A stretch of 63,639 nt of DNA, filler included, from an uncultured Ignavibacteriales bacterium (GTDB lineage Bacteria; Zixibacteria; MSB-5A5; GN15; JAAZOE01), in assembly GCA_964611355.1 (NCBI GenBank). It is 5 parts of 5 records of this genome, joined end to end, with 100 filler letters (N's around TTAATTAATTAA, not from the genome) between each part and the next. Parts side by side here need not be neighbours in the genome. Positions count along the whole stretch, not along the records: positions 1 to 14,048 come from CAZSYD010000056.1; 4 more parts are not named here. One strand, 5' to 3'. This document shows positions 1-10,685 of this stretch, piece by piece. Position numbers and translations under genes: made by a program. The notes under the pieces are model-generated. The model saw nothing but the letters and a program-made list of their open reading frames with translations, was not told the DNA's origin and did not search any database. Each line of letters begins with the position of its first letter. Position 1 is the stretch's first letter.

Positions 1-53
1 GGGTGCCTTACCCATTTATAAGTAGGATGACACGCCCCTAAAACTCACGTCTT

Positions 54-1936
<1,883 letters not shown>

Positions 1937-2001
1937 TTCGCATTTTATTCCGGTTTGAGCCGGACTAAGCTAACGAAGTACAAAACTCCGGGCAAGTAAA
2001 T

Positions 2002-4428
2002 TCAGGCTTTTTTGGCCTTTGTCGCCGGTCTTTTCGGGCCGGCCGCGGGGCCTGATTTCCCGGCCTTTTTCGAGGCTTTGAACAGTTCCGGGCCAAAGAC
2101 GATTTTCAACGCCTCCTCGACTTTTTTGACCTTATGTAGTTTAAGCCCGTTGACCAACTCTTTGGGTAGTTCCGATATCTCCTTGGCGTTTTTCCGCGGT
2201 ACGATAATCTCCGTAATGCCGCTTCGTTTGGCCGCCAGGAGTTTTTCGTTGAGACCGCCAACCGGAAAAATCGAACCGGTCAGCGATATCTCGCCGGTCA
2301 TGGCGACCCTGGTCGAAATCCGCTGCTTTTTCAGCGCTGAAATCATCGCCGCCACCATGGTAATTCCCGCCGAAGGACCTTCCTTGGGAACCGCACCCTC
2401 GGGTACATGGATATGTATTTCCGTGTTGCTGATTTTCTTCAAATCGATCCCCAGCCGGTGGGCGTGCGACCGAATCCAGGTCAGCCCGGCCGTGGCCGAT
2501 TCCTGCATCACCTCGCCGATTTTTCCGGTGATCGTCAGCTTGTGCGACCCCGGAACCAGCGATACCTCGACCGGAAGGATTTCGCCGCCGACCTCCGTCC
2601 AGGCCAGCCCTACCGCATAACCGTAATCGGCAACCCGGGGCACCTCTGTGTACTGGTAAGTCGGCACTCCAAGGTATTTGGCGATATCTTTAGCGTCAAG
2701 CTTGTAAGACCTGTGCTTTTTGCGGTTAACTTCCCTGAGAGTAATCTTTCGATATATGGCAGTCAGCTTGCGCTCGAGCTCCCGGACGCCCGATTCCCGC
2801 GTATAATCGCGAATTATACGAACCAGCGCATTGTCGTTTATCTTAATGTTTAGATGCTTGATACCCAGTTCCTTCCGGATCTTCGGCATCAAAAACTTCC
2901 GGGCGATGTTTATCTTTTCGAACTCAAGATATCCCGGCAACCGGATAATCTCCATTCTATCCTGAAGCGGAATCGGAATATCATGCAGGGTATTGGCGGT
3001 AGTCAAAAAGAGCACCTCGGAAAGATTAAAGTCCAGTTCGAGGTAATTGTCGGAAAAATAGGCGTTCTGCTCGGGATCGAGGACCTCCAGCAGCGCCGAT
3101 GCGGGATCGCCCCGGAAATCGGAATCGATCTTGTCAACCTCGTCGAGTAAAAAAACCGGATTGGAAGACCCGGCCTTCTTGATCGACTGAATTATCCGGC
3201 CCGGTAGAGCGCCTATATACGTCCGGCGATGGCCGCGAATTTCGGCTTCATCATGAATGCCGCCCAGCGACATTCGGACGAATTTGCGATCCAGCGCCCG
3301 GGCGACCGACCGGCCCAGAGACGTCTTCCCGACTCCGGGAGGCCCCACCAGGCACAGGATAGGACCTTTCACTTTACCTGCCGTACGCAGCACGGCCAGA
3401 TGCTCCATCATCCTTTTCTTCGGTTTCCCCAGACCGTAATGGTCCTCGTCGAGGATTTTCTGGACTTCCTTGAAGTTGGTTCGATCTTTCGTTTTAATAT
3501 TCCATGGCAGCCCCAGAAGCCATTCGAGATAACCGCGCAAAACACCCGATTCGGCCGAATACGGATGCATCCGGGAAAGCTTTTTTATCTCCTCCTCACC
3601 CCGGGCGCGCACTTCCTCGGGGGGATCAGCCTCTTCAAGTTTGGCGTACAATTCATCGATCTCACCGGCGGTGTCGTCGTACTGGCTCAACTCATCTTTA
3701 ATCGCCTTTAACTGCTGTTGAAGATAATACTCCCGCTGACTGCGCGTCAGCGACTCCCGAACATTGCCGTCAATACGCTGTTCAATCTTCAGGATTTCAA
3801 TTTCGCTGGTCAAAAGGTCGGCCAGTGCGAGAAACTGATCCTTGAGGGTGGCGCTCTCCAGCACCGCCTGTTTCTGATCATTTTTCTGCAACAGGTGGGC
3901 AGAAATGGTATCGGCCAGGCGGCGGTTGTCGTTGATAGTCGCCAGTTGCGTAATTACCTCATTTGGTATCCGCCGGTTGTGATGAACATAATCGGAAAAA
4001 AGGTCCAGCACCCGCCGGGCCATCGCTTCGCTTTCGGCATCCCGGGTTTGTCTCTCCGGCTCGATTATTATTATTCGGGCCAACAGGTAACCGGATGATC
4101 TCACAAAAGCGCCAATCCGGCCACGAAGCAAACCTTCCACCAGCACCTTGAGGGTGCCGTTCGGAAGTTTCATAACCTGTATTACCCGGGCCACCACCCC
4201 GACCTCGTAAAGGTCTTTGGCAGTGGGCTTGTCGACGCCCGGCCGCTTCTGCGCCACCAGAAAGACAAGTTTATCCATAACCATCGCTTCCTGGAGAGCG
4301 TTAATCGACATCTGGCGGCCGATCAGCAACGGATATATCATGTACGGGAATATCACCGCGTCGCGCATCGGCAGAACCGGCAATCGGGATTTAACCTCAA
4401 TCATTTCATTATCGTGCAGGTACTTCAT
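2002..4428 (-). CDS. lon: ATP-dependent Lon protease
   Basis: LON N-domain (LPVLPMRD), Walker A GPPGVGKT, LLDEVDK, catalytic GPSAG and GGLNEK. Start placed at ATG 4428 (AAGGTG just upstream); the ORF is open to 4476. Confidence 0.97.
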   Translation of the reverse strand: MKYLHDNEMIEVKSRLPVLPMRDAVIFPYMIYPLLIGRQMSINALQEAMVMDKLVFLVAQKRPGVDKPTAKDLYEVGVVARVIQVMKLPNGTLKVLVEGLLRGRIGAFVRSSGYLLARIIIIEPERQTRDAESEAMARRVLDLFSDYVHHNRRIPNEVITQLATINDNRRLADTISAHLLQKNDQKQAVLESATLKDQFLALADLLTSEIEILKIEQRIDGNVRESLTRSQREYYLQQQLKAIKDELSQYDDTAGEIDELYAKLEEADPPEEVRARGEEEIKKLSRMHPYSAESGVLRGYLEWLLGLPWNIKTKDRTNFKEVQKILDEDHYGLGKPKKRMMEHLAVLRTAGKVKGPILCLVGPPGVGKTSLGRSVARALDRKFVRMSLGGIHDEAEIRGHRRTYIGALPGRIIQSIKKAGSSNPVFLLDEVDKIDSDFRGDPASALLEVLDPEQNAYFSDNYLELDFNLSEVLFLTTANTLHDIPIPLQDRMEIIRLPGYLEFEKINIARKFLMPKIRKELGIKHLNIKINDNALVRIIRDYTRESGVRELERKLTAIYRKITLREVNRKKHRSYKLDAKDIAKYLGVPTYQYTEVPRVADYGYAVGLAWTEVGGEILPVEVSLVPGSHKLTITGKIGEVMQESATAGLTWIRSHAHRLGIDLKKISNTEIHIHVPEGAVPKEGPSAGITMVAAMISALKKQRISTRVAMTGEISLTGSIFPVGGLNEKLLAAKRSGITEIIVPRKNAKEISELPKELVNGLKLHKVKKVEEALKIVFGPELFKASKKAGKSGPAAGPKRPATKAKKA

Positions 4429-4558
4429 CACCTTTTCCGTTTTTGATAACATTTCAATATGCAACAAAACCGCCAAAAATCAAGGCTGTTCCCCGAGTTA
4501 TTGCCTGTCAGGCCGTCGGAGGGGCGGCAGACAACCATACCCCGGATTCCAAAAACAG

Positions 4559-4586
4559 TTGACAATCGGAACTGTTGGGCTATATT
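4559..4586 (+). promoter_or_regulatory. Sigma70-type promoter of the tRNA-Lys pair
   Basis: TTGACA-16nt-TATATT, 25 nt before the first tRNA. Confidence 0.7.
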
Positions 4587-4611
4587 GCGTACCCTGAAAA
4601 ATAACCATCAT

Positions 4612-4683
4612 GGGGGTGTAGCTCAGGGGTAGAGCATCTGCCTTTTAAGCAGGTGGTCGAAGGTTCGATTCCTTCCACCCTCA
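4612..4683 (+). tRNA. tRNA-Lys (anticodon TTT), CCA not encoded
   Basis: Cloverleaf: GGGGGTG/CACCCTC acceptor, D arm GCTC/GAGC, anticodon loop CTTTTAA, T loop TTCGATT. Confidence 0.96.
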
Positions 4684-4691
4684 TAGAGAAT

Positions 4692-4764
<73 letters not shown>

Positions 4765-4837
4765 TTTTTTTTATTGGGGAAGACGATATCTTGTTTAATC
4801 AATGAACTATTTGAGGAAAGTCCATTCCATTTATCAG

Positions 4838-4866
4838 TTGACATAATTTGACCGAATGGCTATATT
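4838..4866 (+). promoter_or_regulatory. Sigma70-type promoter of the secreted-protein / TPR-bEBP operon
   Basis: TTGACA-17nt-TATATT. Confidence 0.75.
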
Positions 4867-4984
4867 TCTAATGTGAGGGGGTGGTTTTCGTTCAAACCCC
4901 TCATATCCCCTCCCACCCCCACTGCCTTGGCAAAAAGATTAGCGTATTAAAATACAGGTTCACACTCAAACAAGGAGTAGTACC

Positions 4985-5380
4985 ATGTGGCCCAAAACCT
5001 TTATAGCGATTCTGACGGCCTTATGTCTTGTTCTGGCCGTCGGATTTGCCGGCACGGTTAATGCCGGCGACTCGCCCTACCAGGTCGACCCGGCGGGTGA
5101 TGAACACCCATGGGGCGGCGAATATTTTAGCGGTGACGACGGCGGCACCCCGACCATTAGTGGCTCTGTTTCGCAGACGTGCGGTTCAATCCCCCAGATT
5201 GACGGCGCTCCCTACTACCTGGCGAGAACCTTTATTCTGCATTCCTGGTCGAAACTCACTCGCTATTTTGGAAATTACTTCAGCGCCTCGACAACAGATA
5301 AAAGGGCGGTACGTATTTCCCGGTCAACCACCAAAATGTCGGGTTCCGTCAAACCATACAGAGGAGCGAGGAATAGGTAA
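4985..5380 (+). CDS. Small secreted protein (131 aa), candidate signalling-peptide precursor
   Basis: AAGGAG RBS; Sec signal peptide ending VNA|GD; acidic segment with DEHPWGG; basic tail; stop 2 nt before the next ATG. Confidence 0.8.
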   Translation: MWPKTFIAILTALCLVLAVGFAGTVNAGDSPYQVDPAGDEHPWGGEYFSGDDGGTPTISGSVSQTCGSIPQIDGAPYYLARTFILHSWSKLTRYFGNYFSASTTDKRAVRISRSTTKMSGSVKPYRGARNR

Positions 5381-5382
5381 TC

Positions 5383-7641
5383 ATGATAAAGGAAAAGCCA
5401 AAGAAACCGGATATCCGTTCCGAACTGTTGCGACAATTGTCGCAGGCGGTTCTGCAAGGGGATGTCACCGGCGGTTTGCGGCTGGCCGAAAAGGCCGGAA
5501 AAACCATCGCCGACCGGGACGATCCGAGGACCGGACAGTTTCGGTGTCTTGAAGCCAGGCTGTTTTTCCTTTCCGGTGATTACCAGAAAACCCTCGCCTC
5601 CTCAAGACTGGCAGCTTCGCTTCTGGCCCCCTTCGGGGAAACCGAAGATCTGGCCCGAGCATATCTGCTATCAGGCAAGGCACTGGTGAGTCTGGGTAAT
5701 TATCGGGAAGCGGAAACGGCGCTTCTCGACGCCATTTCCCTGTTCAGACGTTGCGATAACGTAGCCGAGAGAATAGACGCGGCCAACCAACTGGCACGGG
5801 TCTATTTTACCCGCGCCGAATACAAAAGCGCCCTCAAGTATCTGCTGGACACCATAAAGCTGGCCGACCGGCAGGGCGACCGGCGTAAGCTGGCTTTTCT
5901 CTGGGGCAATCTGGGCCGCGTATATACTCTGCTTGGCAATCTCAAAAAGGCCGCAGAAGCGCTCCGGCTTAATCTCGAAATATCGGACGATCTGGGCGAC
6001 GAAAAAGAAAAGGCCAAGGCCCTGTTATCACTCGGTTATATCGGTCTTCAAAACGAACAATACGAAGAAGCCGAATCTCATTTTGACCAGGCCCGGCTGA
6101 TTATAATCGCCAACGGCATGCGGCGCGAGATGGTCATCCATCATACCTATCTGGGCGAACTTAAAATCAAGTGCGGTGACCACGCCTCCGCCCGCAGATT
6201 CCTGAACGAGGCAATCGACGGCGCTCGCTCGCTGGCCCCGGAATCCTCTCTTATGGCCGCCCCTCTGCGGCATCTGGCCGCCCTGGAACTTGCCGAAGGT
6301 AACGCTTCGGCTTCGTCGCGGCTGGCCAACAAGGTCCTGGCGCTGACCAAAAAGATCGGAGAACTCGTAGAAAAAGGCGCAGCGTTAAGGATTCTTGCTC
6401 AGGCTACTCTCGCCGAGGGGAAAAATGATGGCCGGTCGCCGGCCAAAGCGGCTGATCTCTTCGCCGAAGCGCTGGAGGTTTTCGACGAAATAGACGCTCG
6501 CTTTGAAAAAGCCGAAACCTTCGTCCAGATGGCCGTTTCCGGATTGGGTTCTTCCCATCGTATTCTGGTCAACCTTTTCCGAGCAGCCGATATTTACCAG
6601 AAACTGGGGATAAGCTCCAAGCATCAAAAAACCCAGGAACTTATCAATCAATTTGAAGCCCCGGCCGCCAATGTACCCCCGAAAGAATCGGTTTCCTCGA
6701 ACCAGGCCACGACAATAGTTACCGCCAACCGAAAAATGAAAAAGATAATGCGCGACATCGGTCACGCCGCAAAATCCGAAATGCCGGTTCTTCTCATAGG
6801 CGAAACCGGTACCGGTAAAGATCTCCTGGCGCGGCATTACCATGCCATGTCGGGCAGGCAGGGCCGGTTTGTGGCGGTCAACTGCGCCGCTTTCCCGGAT
6901 ACGCTTCTCGAATCGGAGCTGTTTGGGTATAGGCGAGGAGCCTTTACGGGCGCGGTAACCGATAAGGATGGTCTGTTGCAACGGGCTGACGGGGGAACAT
7001 TCTTTCTCGATGAAATCGGTGAGATGTCGCCGGCTTCACAAGCCAAGCTGTTGACCGTAATCGAAACCTGTCAATCCCGGCCACTCGGCGGCCTGAAGGA
7101 AGACAAACTCGACCTCAGGATTATCACGGCCACCAACTGCGACCTGGCCGGTATGGTTGAAGAGGGACGCTTCCGTCGCGATCTCTATTATCGTCTCAGC
7201 GGGATAACTTTCACGATACCGCCCCTGGCCGAACGCCCTGAAGATATACCTCTCCTTCTGCATCATTTCCTTTGCCGGCAGGGCGTAATCGGCGAAGACC
7301 AACAGGTCGATATGGCCATGATTGCGGAGTTTACCTCCCGGTCATGGCCCGGTAACGTGCGTCAGCTTGAATCGGAAGTAAAAAAGCTGGTGTTGTTTTC
7401 GACCATGGCCCGTGAGGATACTCTTGGCGATCTGGCCGGTTTATTGGTTCAGAACGATATTGATGGCCAAACGACATCGCTTTTTAGCCAGATAGAGGAG
7501 TTTGAGAGGACATTGATCCTCAAAGCGCTCCGCCGCGCCGACTGGAACAAATCGAAAGCCGCCCGTTCGCTGGCGATTCACGAATCAACTCTTCGGGCGA
7601 AAATGAAGCGGTACCATCTGGCCCCGGCGTCTGTTTCGTAA
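5383..7641 (+). CDS. TPR-repeat sigma54-dependent enhancer-binding protein (TPR array + AAA+ + Fis-type HTH)
   Basis: About 420 aa of TPR-like helical repeats, then GETGTGKD, intact GAFTGA, FLDEIGE, FRRDLYYRL, WPGNVRQL and a C-terminal HTH (NKSKAARSLAI). Confidence 0.93.
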   Translation: MIKEKPKKPDIRSELLRQLSQAVLQGDVTGGLRLAEKAGKTIADRDDPRTGQFRCLEARLFFLSGDYQKTLASSRLAASLLAPFGETEDLARAYLLSGKALVSLGNYREAETALLDAISLFRRCDNVAERIDAANQLARVYFTRAEYKSALKYLLDTIKLADRQGDRRKLAFLWGNLGRVYTLLGNLKKAAEALRLNLEISDDLGDEKEKAKALLSLGYIGLQNEQYEEAESHFDQARLIIIANGMRREMVIHHTYLGELKIKCGDHASARRFLNEAIDGARSLAPESSLMAAPLRHLAALELAEGNASASSRLANKVLALTKKIGELVEKGAALRILAQATLAEGKNDGRSPAKAADLFAEALEVFDEIDARFEKAETFVQMAVSGLGSSHRILVNLFRAADIYQKLGISSKHQKTQELINQFEAPAANVPPKESVSSNQATTIVTANRKMKKIMRDIGHAAKSEMPVLLIGETGTGKDLLARHYHAMSGRQGRFVAVNCAAFPDTLLESELFGYRRGAFTGAVTDKDGLLQRADGGTFFLDEIGEMSPASQAKLLTVIETCQSRPLGGLKEDKLDLRIITATNCDLAGMVEEGRFRRDLYYRLSGITFTIPPLAERPEDIPLLLHHFLCRQGVIGEDQQVDMAMIAEFTSRSWPGNVRQLESEVKKLVLFSTMAREDTLGDLAGLLVQNDIDGQTTSLFSQIEEFERTLILKALRRADWNKSKAARSLAIHESTLRAKMKRYHLAPASVS

Positions 7642-7673
7642 GCTTGTACGAAGCCGCACCGTTTTTCGTCATT

Positions 7674-7708
7674 TGCCATAAGCGCGTGCGTTGCACGTGC
7701 TTATGGCA
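7674..7708. repeat. 16-bp-arm inverted repeat (enhancer site or operon terminator)
   Basis: TGCCATAAGCGCGTGC-GTT-GCACGTGCTTATGGCA, one G:T mismatch, followed by TTTT. Confidence 0.7.
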
Positions 7709-7830
7709 TTTTCGATAGTCAGCAATTCGCAAAACTATACGAATTCAGCATCCCTTTCAATTGTATAATATATTGTAATCGACTGCTATATCGAGAGATA
7801 CGGAGAATACAAACATAAAGAAACAGGCCA

Positions 7831-7847
7831 AGGCATACCGCTTGCTA
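7831..7847 (+). promoter_or_regulatory. Sigma54 (-24/-12) promoter
   Basis: AGGCATACCGCTTGCTA = GG-N10-GC, matching TGGCAC-N5-TTGCW; AT-rich IHF-like segment at 7766-7778; directly downstream of a GAFTGA activator gene. Confidence 0.75.
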
Positions 7848-7856
7848 AAAAATATA

Positions 7857-7948
7857 ACGTCATTTTTAGCTCCTTTTTGCGCTACTTTGTGGTCCTTTTT
7901 TCTCGGAGAAGCTGCCTGCGTCAGAGGGGTACGCAGGCAGCCTTTTTT
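7857..7948 (+). ncRNA. Putative sigma54-dependent small RNA (~92 nt) with anti-Shine-Dalgarno motifs
   Basis: Lies between the sigma54 promoter and a strong intrinsic terminator; contains no ATG or RBS; CU-rich 5' part with CATTTTTAGCTCCTTT and GGTCCTTT. Confidence 0.6.
7911..7948 (+). terminator. Intrinsic terminator
   Basis: GCTGCCTGCGT / ACGCAGGCAGC 11-bp stem, then CTTTTTT. Confidence 0.88.
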
Positions 7949-8028
7949 ATGCGAATATATTGCAGGCAGAAATGGGTGAAATCAAATAGATATTGCCCTG
8001 CGATTCGATAGGGATTATATATAGCGGC

Positions 8029-8559
8029 ATGAATAACTACCATGAAAACGAGCGGAAGGAACTGACCCGGCTATCGAAAGAGAAGCTTATCGGCATGCTT
8101 GAGGATGCCGCCAAAAACTGGCTGGCCCATGATGGTCTCTGGTTTTTGGCCGTAGAAGCTGACCATGGCATGGAAACCGCCATAAAGCACGATCGCACGG
8201 CTTGGGAACGGTTTACCGTTATCGAAGCCAAACGGATCATGAAACGGCACGGCATCAGGCCGGGTTGCGGATTGGAAGGCCTGAAAAAAGCTCTCAACTA
8301 TCGTCTGTACGCCCATCTCAACGTACAGGAGATTGTCGAAGAAAACGAAAACAGTTTCGTATTCCGCATCAACGATTGCCGGGTGCAGTCAGCCCGCAAA
8401 CGCGACAACCGCCCCGATTTTCCCTGCAAACCGGTCGGCCTGGTCGAATATTCAAAATTCGCCGAAACAATCGATCCGCGGATAAAAACCGAATGTATTT
8501 GCTGCCCTCCCGACGACCATCCGGACACTTATTATTGCGCTTGGAAATTCAGCCTGTAA
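8029..8559 (+). CDS. DUF6125-like protein (Cys-containing, V4R/ATC-hydrolase-like)
   Basis: WLAHDGLWF, CRVQ..R, FPCK, IDPRI...C..CPPD..P....CAW pattern; ATG 8029 preferred over TTG 7993. Confidence 0.75.
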   Translation: MNNYHENERKELTRLSKEKLIGMLEDAAKNWLAHDGLWFLAVEADHGMETAIKHDRTAWERFTVIEAKRIMKRHGIRPGCGLEGLKKALNYRLYAHLNVQEIVEENENSFVFRINDCRVQSARKRDNRPDFPCKPVGLVEYSKFAETIDPRIKTECICCPPDDHPDTYYCAWKFSL

Positions 8560-8564
8560 TAAAT

Positions 8565-8597
8565 CAGACGGCCGGTTTGCGCACGGCCGTCTGCTTT
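8565..8597 (+). terminator. Probable terminator hairpin
   Basis: CAGACGGCCG / CGGCCGTCTG 10-bp stem just after the stop codon. Confidence 0.6.
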
Positions 8598-8931
8598 AGC
8601 AGGGGCAATTAAGGCAAGGAGGTTACTATCCGCCGCGTTTTTCTGGGGAAATTACCCGGCGAATCAACAGCGGTTGGATACTGTTCAATAGACTCCTGAA
8701 AAGTACCGGCAACCACTTTATATATCTTAAACAAAATCCGAAACACAACTGTTCCGAATTCAACCGATTTTTATATGGAAAACGACCGGTTTACCCTCCG
8801 ATTTTGACATTGTCATAAGCCCAAAAACAGATATATTGATAATTGCTGCCGGAAAAATCGGCGAAACACGAGGCTAAGGCGGGACGAAGGCTTCTTTGGC
8901 GTGATAACCCTTAAAACGACAGGATGACCAC

Positions 8932-10110
8932 TTGGATAAAGTCAGAATTCAACAGATTCAGGGCGAGTTGGCTCGATTGGGTATCGATGGCTGGTTACTT
9001 TATGATTTTCACGGGCACAATGACATCGCCGTTCGTTTCTTAGACCTGCACGGGATTATCACCCGGCGGTCGTTTTACCTGATTCCGGATAGCGGCACAC
9101 CCACCGCTTTCGTTCATGCAATCGAGAAAAAACCGTTCGATTCGCTGCCGGGGAACAAGTTTTATTACTCCTCCTACAGAATTCTTGAGGAGGAATTGGG
9201 ACGAACCGTCGGTAGTATGAAACGCCTGGCCATGGAGTACTCCCCCAAAGGCAGGCTGCCGTACATCGGCAAAGTTGACGCCGGAACGCTGGAGTTGATA
9301 CGGTCTTTCGGGGTGGAAATCGTATCTTCCGCCGACCTGGTGGCCAAATTCGACGCCTGTCTGACTCCGGAGCAGATTGAAACTCACCGCGAAGCGGCCC
9401 GCCTCCTGCACCAGATAAAAGATAATGCGTTTCAATTCATTAAGGACAAGCTGGAATCAGGCGATACGGTAACCGAATTCGATGTGGTTCAGTACATTCT
9501 TGATCGATTTAATCAGGCCGGCATGGTGACCGACCATGCTCCGATCTGTGCCGTCGGCACCAACGGCGGCAATCCTCACTACACGCCTGTTGATCCCGGT
9601 TCGGCCGAAATCACGCGCGACAACCTGGTGCTGATTGATCTCTGGGCCAAGATGCAAACGCCAAAAGCGGTTTACGCCGATATCACGTGGATGGCCTACA
9701 CCGGCAGTTCCCTGCCGGATCGATACGCCCAGAATTTTGAATTGCTGTGCATGGCTCGCGACGCCGCCGTAAAATTCATTCGGGAAAACTGGGGCAAAAG
9801 GAACATCTACGGGTACGAGGTTGACGACGTCTGCCGAAATGTCATCTCTCACGTTGACCTCGGTAATTATTTCACTCATCGAACCGGTCATTCAATCACC
9901 GAATTGAGCCATGGTTCCGGGCCGAATATCGACAATCTTGAAACCGAAGACCGCCGGAAACTTATTCCCGGGCACCTTTTCTCAATTGAACCGGGATTAT
10001 ATTTTGATGATTTCGGTATGCGAACGGAAATCGACGTATTAATCACGCAGGACGGCCCGGAGATTACCACCCGGCCGGTACAGCAAAAGGTAATCCTCTT
10101 TTTCGAGTAA
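8932..10110 (+). CDS. M24 family Xaa-Pro aminopeptidase/dipeptidase
   Basis: NPHY, IDLW...YADIT, HRTGHSI, FSIEPGLY, GMRTE metal-ligand motifs. Confidence 0.9.
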   Translation: MDKVRIQQIQGELARLGIDGWLLYDFHGHNDIAVRFLDLHGIITRRSFYLIPDSGTPTAFVHAIEKKPFDSLPGNKFYYSSYRILEEELGRTVGSMKRLAMEYSPKGRLPYIGKVDAGTLELIRSFGVEIVSSADLVAKFDACLTPEQIETHREAARLLHQIKDNAFQFIKDKLESGDTVTEFDVVQYILDRFNQAGMVTDHAPICAVGTNGGNPHYTPVDPGSAEITRDNLVLIDLWAKMQTPKAVYADITWMAYTGSSLPDRYAQNFELLCMARDAAVKFIRENWGKRNIYGYEVDDVCRNVISHVDLGNYFTHRTGHSITELSHGSGPNIDNLETEDRRKLIPGHLFSIEPGLYFDDFGMRTEIDVLITQDGPEITTRPVQQKVILFFE

Positions 10111-10124
10111 CGTCAGGCGATTGA

Positions 10125-10685
10125 GTGGTCATGTACGTAACCTACCGGCAAATACGGGAAGCCGCCGACAGGTACGGTTACCCGCCGATCATTCATATGA
10201 CTGCGCCGGTTGATTCGGAAGAATTCGAATTTATTCGTTCCACCCAGCATTACGGCCGCTCGCATGATATCACCATGTTCATTTTCAAAGGCCGGCGGAT
10301 CATTGTCATCGCCAAGCATAATTATCCGGAAGGGCTTTATCGCCCGCCGTCGGGAGCGATCAAGCCGGGCGAGTCGCTTGTCGCCGGGGCGTTGCGCGAG
10401 GCGTACGAGGAAACCGGCTGCCGGATCGAACTGACCCGTTATATCTTACAGGTAAATGCGAACTTTACCGACGGCCATGGCCATATCCCCTGGAAATCGC
10501 ACGTATTTGCCGCGCGGTATCTTTCGGGTGAACCGAAACCGATAGATACGCATGAGATTCGCGACGTCGCCCTGGCGACGCTGGATGATTTTGTAAAGTA
10601 CAAGGAAATAATCCGCAATAAAACCACCTCCGGAGGCCTTAACTACCGAACCCACCTGCATGATGAAGTATTGAAACTGCTGTGA
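10125..10685 (+). CDS. NUDIX hydrolase
   Basis: Nudix box GAIKPGESLVAGALREAYEETG. Confidence 0.88.
   Translation: MVMYVTYRQIREAADRYGYPPIIHMTAPVDSEEFEFIRSTQHYGRSHDITMFIFKGRRIIVIAKHNYPEGLYRPPSGAIKPGESLVAGALREAYEETGCRIELTRYILQVNANFTDGHGHIPWKSHVFAARYLSGEPKPIDTHEIRDVALATLDDFVKYKEIIRNKTTSGGLNYRTHLHDEVLKLL

Noticed and set aside
2368..2391. Lon motif PKEGPSAG instead of PKDGPSAG
   Set aside because: Conservative change; the catalytic Ser and Lys are intact
4928..4944. TTGGCAAAAAGATTAGC as a sigma54 promoter for the peptide gene
   Set aside because: GG-to-GC spacing is 11 rather than 10; a good sigma70 promoter is already present
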